Source of the DNA: Nitrosotalea sp.
GTDB lineage: Bacteria > Chloroflexota > Dormibacteria > Dormibacterales > Dormibacteraceae
Assembly: GCA_035687505.1 (NCBI GenBank)
Contig: DASRWV010000087.1
Coordinates: 7,204-71,203 of the forward strand
Direction: 5' to 3'
Length of the DNA: 64,000 nucleotides
The notes under the pieces were generated by a model. That model saw nothing but the letters and a program-made list of their open reading frames with translations, was not told where the DNA came from and did no database searches. This document shows positions 57,862 to 64,000 of the stretch, in pieces. Each line of letters starts with the position of its first letter. Position 1 is the first letter of the stretch. The position numbers and the translations under genes were made by a program.

Positions 57862-59090
57862 TCCTGCGGCCCGATGCGCCGGCGCATGGCGGCGCCGCTG
57901 TTGCGCGCGAGGACGGCAAGGTGTGGCTCGTGAACTACGCGCTGCCGGGCGAGGTCGTTGAGGCCGAGCCGCGCGGCAGGCAAGGGGGCGTGGCGGTGGC
58001 CGCGGCAACGCGAGTCATCGAGCCTTCACCGCACCGTGTGGCCGCGCCGTGTCCGTACTTTGGTCATTGCGGCGGATGCCAGCTTCAGCACGCCGCGTAC
58101 GCGCACCAGCTCGACCTCAAGCGTCAGGTCGTCGACGAGGCATGGGCACGCGCCGGCCTCCGTCTTCCGCCGGACACGCCAGTGCTCGGCATGGATGACC
58201 CATGGCGCTATCGGATCCGAGGTGAGTTCGAAGCCATCTCGAACGGCGGGACGTGGCGGTTCGGCTTTCACAAGCTCCGCTCCCATCAGGTCCTGCCGAT
58301 CGATTCCTGCCTAATCCACGACCTCCGGATCGAGCAAGCGCTCCCCGCCTTCGCGCAGGCCGCCAACGAGCTGGAGCTCCAGGACCTGCAGAACCTGCTC
58401 CTCACGGCGGAGCCGAACGGCACAGGTTTGCTGTGGCGGATGCGCCATCGCGGCCGCGCTCCGAGCTGGCCGCGCGACGAGTACGCGCGTCGCGTCGCGG
58501 AGCTCCTGCCCGAGCAGACCCTCCTGGACGACGCGATGACGTTGAACTTCTGGGACCTCAGCTTCCGGGTTCGCAGCGACACTTTCGTGCAGACCAACTA
58601 CAAGCAGATGCTCGTCTTGTACCGCACCGCGCTCGACATGCTCGCGGCCGGTCCGGCCGACCACGTGCTGGACCTGTACGCGGGAATCGGGACGATCTCG
58701 GTGGCGGTCGCTCGCGACGCGGCCGGTGTGACGGCGATCGAGGAGAACCCGCACGCCATCCAGCTCGGCCGCCTGAACGCGCGAATCAACTCGGCCCGGG
58801 TCGAATACCTACCCGGGAAGGTCGAGACCGCGCTGCGCCAGGTGAGGCTCGGCAATCACCAGGCGGTCATCCTGGATCCTCCGCGCGCGGGGTGCGAGCC
58901 GGCTGCAATCGCCGAGCTGATCCGGCTGGGTGTTGACCGATTGGTCTATGTCTCGTGCGAGCCATCGACTCACGCGCGCGACCTGATCTCGCTGGTCAGG
59001 GGAGGCTATCGCGTTCGTCGAGCCGCAATCGTGGACATGTTTCCGCAGACGTACCACATCGAGTCCGTGGCCTTACTGCAGCGCGGCTAG
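57849..59090 (+). CDS. RumA/TrmA-family 23S rRNA (uracil-5)-methyltransferase
   Basis: TRAM-like N-terminus, Fe-S Cys motif CPYFGHCGGCQLQH, SAM fold (LDLYAGIGT), and a catalytic region near DPPRAG...YVSCEP. ATG 57849 overlaps the PHP gene by 13 nt. Confidence 0.85.
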   Translation: MAPLILRPDAPAHGGAAVAREDGKVWLVNYALPGEVVEAEPRGRQGGVAVAAATRVIEPSPHRVAAPCPYFGHCGGCQLQHAAYAHQLDLKRQVVDEAWARAGLRLPPDTPVLGMDDPWRYRIRGEFEAISNGGTWRFGFHKLRSHQVLPIDSCLIHDLRIEQALPAFAQAANELELQDLQNLLLTAEPNGTGLLWRMRHRGRAPSWPRDEYARRVAELLPEQTLLDDAMTLNFWDLSFRVRSDTFVQTNYKQMLVLYRTALDMLAAGPADHVLDLYAGIGTISVAVARDAAGVTAIEENPHAIQLGRLNARINSARVEYLPGKVETALRQVRLGNHQAVILDPPRAGCEPAAIAELIRLGVDRLVYVSCEPSTHARDLISLVRGGYRVRRAAIVDMFPQTYHIESVALLQRG

Positions 59091-59914
59091 CTGTCGAACT
59101 CGCCGCTTTCGAGAATCTGCTTCAGCCGGACCTCACCGGCGTGCCGACGCGTCTTGACCAGCCGCCTCGCGGCCAGCTGCCAGAGCTGCCCACCCATGAC
59201 GGCACTGGCGAGGCTGAGCTCGAAGTCGAATCGGTGCGTCACGCGCGTGCCATTCTCGACGCGTTCAAAGATGTACTCGTCGAGGTTTGGACGACTGGTG
59301 GCAGCAACTCGTGTCGTCAAACGGTGGTACGGCTCGTAGTCCACGATCTCCTCCACCCCGACGAACTTTCGAGCACCCGGCAGCTGCACGTGACAGCGGA
59401 ACTGCGTTCCAGGGCCTAGCGGCGCCGCCGTCAGCATCTCGACTGACTCGACGTCGGGATAGTACCGAGGCTCGTTTCGGGAGTCGCTCACGAAAGCAAA
59501 CACGACATCGGGGCTGCGCTGGACCACGTAGCTCGATGAAACTGTTGTGCCTCTAACTCGTGACTGGGACCAGAAAAGAAGCCAGGCTGCGACGCACGCG
59601 CTGAAGAGCAGGGCGACCACGGGCGATGCGATCGCCAGGAGGAATGGAAACGAATCGGCCACCAGGTCAAATCCGACCATGGTTGTGGCCAGCTGTCGTT
59701 CGGCAGCTCGTTCGTCGAACGGCTTGCGTCGGCCGACAAAGCCCATGCCGATCGCAACGAGGATGAGCGGCCCTCCGGTCCAGAAGCAAGCGTTGGATGC
59801 GGTGACGAACCATCCCGAGACGGCGCGTGGTTGCGAACCGGAAAGGATGGTGAACGCTATCGCGATTGGCGGAATCGCCAGGATCAGCAGATGGATCAGC
59901 GCCGGCGATCGCAA
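59087..59914 (-). CDS. SRPBCC (polyketide cyclase/dehydrase-like) protein with N-terminal membrane region
   Basis: Four N-terminal hydrophobic segments followed by VVQRSPDVVFAFVSDSRNEPRYYP...RVTHRFDFEL. TTG start uncertain. Confidence 0.6.
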   Translation of the reverse strand: MRSPALIHLLILAIPPIAIAFTILSGSQPRAVSGWFVTASNACFWTGGPLILVAIGMGFVGRRKPFDERAAERQLATTMVGFDLVADSFPFLLAIASPVVALLFSACVAAWLLFWSQSRVRGTTVSSSYVVQRSPDVVFAFVSDSRNEPRYYPDVESVEMLTAAPLGPGTQFRCHVQLPGARKFVGVEEIVDYEPYHRLTTRVAATSRPNLDEYIFERVENGTRVTHRFDFELSLASAVMGGQLWQLAARRLVKTRRHAGEVRLKQILESGEFDS

Positions 59915-60132
59915 GATAGATAGCGGAGTTGGGCCGGCGCCCTGGCTGACGATGAGGTCGGGAGCCGGGTCGCTAGAAGGCGTCGAGGCTGTGTCCGAGC
60001 TTCAAGAGTGCGAGGCGTAGGCGCCCAGGCTGCAGCTGTCTGACCGTAAATGCCAGCAGCGGCTTCAGAAACAGCACGGTACCTTCAACGCGGGCGGAAG
60101 CATAGGGTTACGAACCCGCCCAAGGCAACCCC

Positions 60133-61287
60133 CTACTGGAGTTGGTGAACGAACTCGGCCAGCCTGCCCACACCCTCACGGAGATCGGTGTCCGAGCTCG
60201 CGAGGCTGATCCGGACGGCGCCGCCGGCCACCTCCCCGAAAGCGCTCCCGGGGGCGACTGAAACGCCCCGCTCGCGGAGGAGCCTGAACGCGAACTCGCG
60301 CGCGTGCAGATGGCTCCGGGAGACGTCAGCCATGCAGTAGAAGGCGCCGGTGGGCTCGCTGACCAGCATTTCCGCCTCACGAAGGATGTCCACCACGACG
60401 TTGCGGCGGTGCCGGTAAGCGGCGACCATCTCGCCGACGCAGTCCTGCGGGCCGTCGAGGGCAGCTTCGGCGGCGACCTGCGTGATGGTGGAAACGCACG
60501 AGGAGCTCGATTCGAGGACCTTGGTAGCGGTGTCGATGAGCTCGGCCGAACCGGCGACATATCCGATTCGCCATCCAGTCATCGAGTAAGACTTCGAGAA
60601 GGTGAAGACGCTGGCGATCCGCGGGTCGTCAGGCGCGAGGCTCGCGGGACTCGTCCAGGTTCCGTCGAGGATGATCTGGTCGTAGCACTCGTCGCTCACC
60701 AGCCACAGGTCGTGGCGCTGTGCGATCTCGATCAGTCGCGCGATCGTGGCTTCCGGGTACACCGCTCCTGTCGGGTTGTTTGGGCTGTTGATCAGGAGCA
60801 GCTTCGTGCGCTTGGTGATCAGGCGTTCGAGTGCGTCGAGGTCGGGTTGGAATCCGTCGGCCGCGGCGCACGGATAGAAGACTCCGCGCGCTCCAGTCCA
60901 CGAGAGCATCAGCCGGGTGTTCGGCCATCCCGGGTCGGGCAGCAGGACCTCGTCGCCGGGCTCCAGCACCGCTCCGAAAACGGCGGCGAGCGCGCCGACC
61001 CCGCCCGGTCCGCATGCAATGCGATCGGGCGTCACGCTGATACCGTTCACGCGCTCGAGCTTGGTCACGAGCTTCTCGCGCAGCGAGATCATGCCCTGAG
61101 TGTGCGTGTAAAAGGTCTTGCCCTCGTCGATCGCGCGCTTGCCGGCCTCGCCGATGTGCTTGGGGGTGGGGAAGTTGGGCTGCCCCACGTCGAGGCGAAT
61201 CGCGCCGGGGGTGCGCAATGCCTCGTTGGCGATCTCGCGAATCCCTGAGTGATGCGCCTCGGCCGGCAGCTGCGAGAGCGAAGGCAT
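60133..61287 (-). CDS. Pyridoxal-phosphate-dependent aminotransferase, class I/II (aspartate aminotransferase-like)
   Basis: LDVGQPNFPTP, NSPNNPTG and FSKSYSMTGWRIGY (PLP lysine). ATG 61287 preferred over the track's GTG 61320. Confidence 0.85.
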   Translation of the reverse strand: MPSLSQLPAEAHHSGIREIANEALRTPGAIRLDVGQPNFPTPKHIGEAGKRAIDEGKTFYTHTQGMISLREKLVTKLERVNGISVTPDRIACGPGGVGALAAVFGAVLEPGDEVLLPDPGWPNTRLMLSWTGARGVFYPCAAADGFQPDLDALERLITKRTKLLLINSPNNPTGAVYPEATIARLIEIAQRHDLWLVSDECYDQIILDGTWTSPASLAPDDPRIASVFTFSKSYSMTGWRIGYVAGSAELIDTATKVLESSSSCVSTITQVAAEAALDGPQDCVGEMVAAYRHRRNVVVDILREAEMLVSEPTGAFYCMADVSRSHLHAREFAFRLLRERGVSVAPGSAFGEVAGGAVRISLASSDTDLREGVGRLAEFVHQLQ

Positions 61288-61384
61288 CTGGATATTCTCG
61301 CGTCCCGGGGGAATTAACACCCTAGAGCCTGATCAGGGAGGGCCTTAAACTACTCGCGGGGTCCCGCCCACCCAAAGCCAAACG

Positions 61385-64000
61385 ATGCAGCACGCCCCCA
61401 AGAACTTCGTTCACCTGCACAACCACACCGAGTACTCGCTGCTCGATGGGGCAAGCCGCATCCCTGCCCTGGTCACGCGGGCGGCCGAGCTCGAAATGCC
61501 CGCGCTTGCCATGACCGACCACGGCGTCATGTACGGCGCGATCCACTTCTACAAGGCATGCAAGGAAGCGGGGATCAAGCCGATCGTTGGCTGCGAGGTC
61601 TACGTCGCCCCACGCTCACGCCTGCTGCGCGAGGGGCGGGTGGACCGCGATCCCAATCATCTGACCCTTCTCGCCGCCAACCACGAGGGCTACGTGAACT
61701 TGATGAAGCTCTGCACCGTCGGCCAGATGGAGGGCATGTATTACAAGCCCCGCATCGACAAGGAGATCCTGGCAGAGCACTCGAAGGGCCTGATCGCGCT
61801 TTCCGGCTGCCTGCAGGGAGAGGCGGCGATCCGGATCACCGAAGGCGATCTGGATGGCGCGCGCGAAGCCGTTGCCGCGTATCGCGACATCTTCGGCAAG
61901 GAACGCTTCTTGCTCGAGGTGCAGCGCCACGGCATCGACAAGCAGCAGCAGGTCAACGAAGCGCTTTCGGTTTTCGCTCAGGAGTTCGGCCTCCGCCTTT
62001 GCGCCACGAACGACCTCCACTACGTGCACCGTCACGACTCGGAGGCCCATGACGTCCTGCTCTGCCTGCAGACCGGTGCGCGCTTCAACGACCCGAACCG
62101 CTGGCGATTCTCCTCGCAAGAGAACTACCTGAAGACCCCGGAAGAGATGCTGGCGACGTTCTCGGACCTGCCCGACGCGCTGGCCAGCACCCTCGACGTA
62201 GCCGACATGTGCGACTTGAAACTGAAGCTCGGCGCCACACTCCTCCCGCCATTCGACGTGCCTGACGGGATGACTCCCGACCAGTACCTGCGCAGGCTCG
62301 TGCTCGACGGCATCAAGTGGCGGTATGGCGAACCGACCGCGGCCGTCACTGATCGCGCCGAGGTCGAGCTTTCGGTCATCAGTCAGACCGGGTACGCATC
62401 CTACTTCCTGATCGTCTGGGACTTCTACAACTTTGCCCGCAAGCAGGGCATCGTCGTCGGGCCGGGGCGTGGCAGCGCGGCGGGCAGCCTCGTCTCGTAC
62501 TGCCTCGGCATCACCAACCTCGATCCACTGCAGCACGGACTGATCTTCGAGCGCTTCCTCAACATCGACCGCGTCTCCATGCCTGACATCGACTGCGACT
62601 TTTCCGTGGAGGGCAGGGAGAAGGTCATCCGCTACGTCTCCGAGAAGTACGGCTCCGACCGAGTCGCCCAGATCATCACCTTCACGACCATGGCTTCGAA
62701 AGCTGCGATCCGCGACGTCGGCCGAGTGCTGGAGGTGCCGCTCCGCGACACCGATCGCCTGGCCAAGCTCGTGCCGGTGTGGCAGGGCCGTTCGAAGACG
62801 CTCGACGACACGATCAAAGAGGTCCCGGAGTTCCGCGAGGCCTACGAGTCGAACGAGGAGCAGAAGCGTCTGATCGACGTCGCCCGCACGCTCGAGGGTG
62901 TCTCTCGCAACGTGAGCACTCACGCCGCCGGAGTGGTGATCGCACCGGAACCCCTCGTCCACTTCACGCCCCTGCAGTACGGCCCCGGCCGCGAGGCCGT
63001 GGTCACGCAGTACGACATGAAGGCCGTCGGCGACATCGGCCTCCTGAAGATCGACTTCCTGGGCCTGCAGAACCTCGACATCATCTCCACCTGTCTTCGA
63101 CTGCTCAAGGAGAATCGCGGCCTCGAGATCAACATCGACGAGCTTCGTTTCGACGACGCGAAGACATATGAGCTGCTCTCCACCGGCGACACGCATGGCG
63201 TGTTCCAGCTCGAGGGTGCGGGCATGCGCCGCATGTTGATGGACATGCGTCCGCAGAGCTTCGCGGACGTCTCCGCGGCGGTCGCGCTATTCCGGCCGGG
63301 TCCGATGGTCAACATCCCCGCATTCATCGCACGCAAGCAGGGCCGCGAGCCAATCGAGTACATGCATGAGCGCCTCGAGCCGATCCTGCGCGAGACGTAC
63401 GGCGTGATGATCTATCAGGAGCAGGTGATGATGGCCGCCCGCGAGTTGGCCGGATTCACGTTGAGCGAGGCCGACATCCTCCGCGCCGCCATGGGCAAGA
63501 AGGACAAGGCGAAGATGGCCAAGCTGCGCACCAAGTTCATCGACGGAACCGTCGAGCGCGGGATCCCAAAGTCGACCGCCGAGGCGCTGTTCGACAGCAT
63601 CGCCAAGTTCGCCGAGTACGGCTTTAACCGCGCCCATTCGGCGGCCTACGGCGTGATCGCTTACCAGACGGCGTACCTGAAAGCCAACTATCCGCTCGAG
63701 TACATGACCGCGCTGCTCATCCACATGGAGGGCAGCGCTGACCGGGTGGCGACGGCGATCGTGGATTGCAGAATCCGCGGTATCGACGTGGTGGCGCCGG
63801 ACATCAATCGGTCGCGTGCGGACTTCTCGATGAGCGATGGCCGCATCCTCTTCGGGCTCGCCGCGATCAAGAACGTCGGCCAGCACGCGGTCGAGAGCAT
63901 CGTCTCCATGCGCGACGCCGACGGCCCTTTCAAGTCACTCGAAGACCTGTGTGATCGCACGGCCGCGATCCAGGACGTCAACCGCCGCGTCCTCGAGGCA
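61385..64000 (+). CDS. dnaE: DNA polymerase III alpha subunit, N-terminal 872 codons (3' end runs off the window)
   Basis: Absent from the ORF track because there is no stop in the window. My translation from ATG 61385 gives MQHAPKNFVHLHNHTEYSLLDGASRIPALV... (PHP domain), and the frame stays open to 64000. The 526-aa minus-strand ORF here is antisense to it. Confidence 0.9.
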   Translation, partial: MQHAPKNFVHLHNHTEYSLLDGASRIPALVTRAAELEMPALAMTDHGVMYGAIHFYKACKEAGIKPIVGCEVYVAPRSRLLREGRVDRDPNHLTLLAANHEGYVNLMKLCTVGQMEGMYYKPRIDKEILAEHSKGLIALSGCLQGEAAIRITEGDLDGAREAVAAYRDIFGKERFLLEVQRHGIDKQQQVNEALSVFAQEFGLRLCATNDLHYVHRHDSEAHDVLLCLQTGARFNDPNRWRFSSQENYLKTPEEMLATFSDLPDALASTLDVADMCDLKLKLGATLLPPFDVPDGMTPDQYLRRLVLDGIKWRYGEPTAAVTDRAEVELSVISQTGYASYFLIVWDFYNFARKQGIVVGPGRGSAAGSLVSYCLGITNLDPLQHGLIFERFLNIDRVSMPDIDCDFSVEGREKVIRYVSEKYGSDRVAQIITFTTMASKAAIRDVGRVLEVPLRDTDRLAKLVPVWQGRSKTLDDTIKEVPEFREAYESNEEQKRLIDVARTLEGVSRNVSTHAAGVVIAPEPLVHFTPLQYGPGREAVVTQYDMKAVGDIGLLKIDFLGLQNLDIISTCLRLLKENRGLEINIDELRFDDAKTYELLSTGDTHGVFQLEGAGMRRMLMDMRPQSFADVSAAVALFRPGPMVNIPAFIARKQGREPIEYMHERLEPILRETYGVMIYQEQVMMAARELAGFTLSEADILRAAMGKKDKAKMAKLRTKFIDGTVERGIPKSTAEALFDSIAKFAEYGFNRAHSAAYGVIAYQTAYLKANYPLEYMTALLIHMEGSADRVATAIVDCRIRGIDVVAPDINRSRADFSMSDGRILFGLAAIKNVGQHAVESIVSMRDADGPFKSLEDLCDRTAAIQDVNRRVLEA

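Noticed and set aside
61616-63196. Long minus-strand ORF (526 aa), together with similar ones at 51031..52521, 53419..54534, 40408..41664, 35983..37074, 29167..30222 and 19249..20136.
   Set aside because: Each lies antisense to a confidently recognised gene (dnaE, ligA, gatA, dppF-like, binding protein, acyl-CoA dehydrogenase, FUSC). They have low-complexity Arg/Asp/Gly/Leu/Val-rich translations without motifs. These are typical shadow ORFs of GC-rich DNA.

Overview
High-GC, densely coding bacterial chromosomal window: about 60 protein genes on both strands and one tRNA. I recognised no rRNA, CRISPR array, transposase, integrase or prophage.

Recognisable content is mostly housekeeping or accessory metabolism:
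- a partial LuxR regulator and a TetR-flanked oxidoreductase cassette
- a DD-carboxypeptidase and a J-domain/vWA gene pair
- cytochrome bd (cydAB), tag, and a TetR/ABC-2 exporter operon with a trailing Toprim ORF
- an ArsR-VOC-AHSA1 operon, a FUSC exporter, and a CDGSH/DUF5996/DUF1801 trio
- three exported hypothetical proteins and DtxR-family regulator + MntH
- an LLM-class (probably F420-dependent) oxidoreductase and an AidB-like acyl-CoA dehydrogenase
- otsB and otsA (convergent), with an orphan xanthine-dehydrogenase-family Mo subunit upstream of otsA
- a five-gene Dpp/Opp-type peptide ABC transporter plus a second, convergent binding protein
- Qor, tRNA-Lys(UUU), PlsC, a lytic transglycosylase and a GAF-adenylate cyclase
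- pcrA-ligA, gatCAB, a PHP phosphoesterase + RumA-type methyltransferase operon, an aminotransferase, and the 5' part of dnaE

The deazaflavin/LLM-type enzymes, OtsAB, cytochrome bd and gatCAB suggest an Actinomycetota- or Chloroflexota-like organism. That is inference only.

The ORF track over-extends many N-termini and contains many long antisense or alternate-frame ORFs, as is typical of high-GC DNA. I trimmed starts to domain-consistent positions.

The signals I consider most worth follow-up are non-coding or atypical:
1. Two copies of a ~190-nt rod-like structured element sit directly upstream of gatC and of the PHP-phosphoesterase gene. They differ by one pairing-preserving double substitution, and the closing helix covers the ribosome-binding region.
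2. An in-frame Pro/Glu-rich repeat tract lies upstream of the second peptide-binding protein, shows synonymous variation, and has no ATG/GTG/TTG start.
3. Four intergenic loci carry duplicated, mostly palindromic motifs phased at 41-42 bp.
4. A translationally coupled cytoplasmic J-domain + vWA(MIDAS) gene pair.

I found no recognisable defence island. All functional calls rest on motif recognition by eye, not on database searches.
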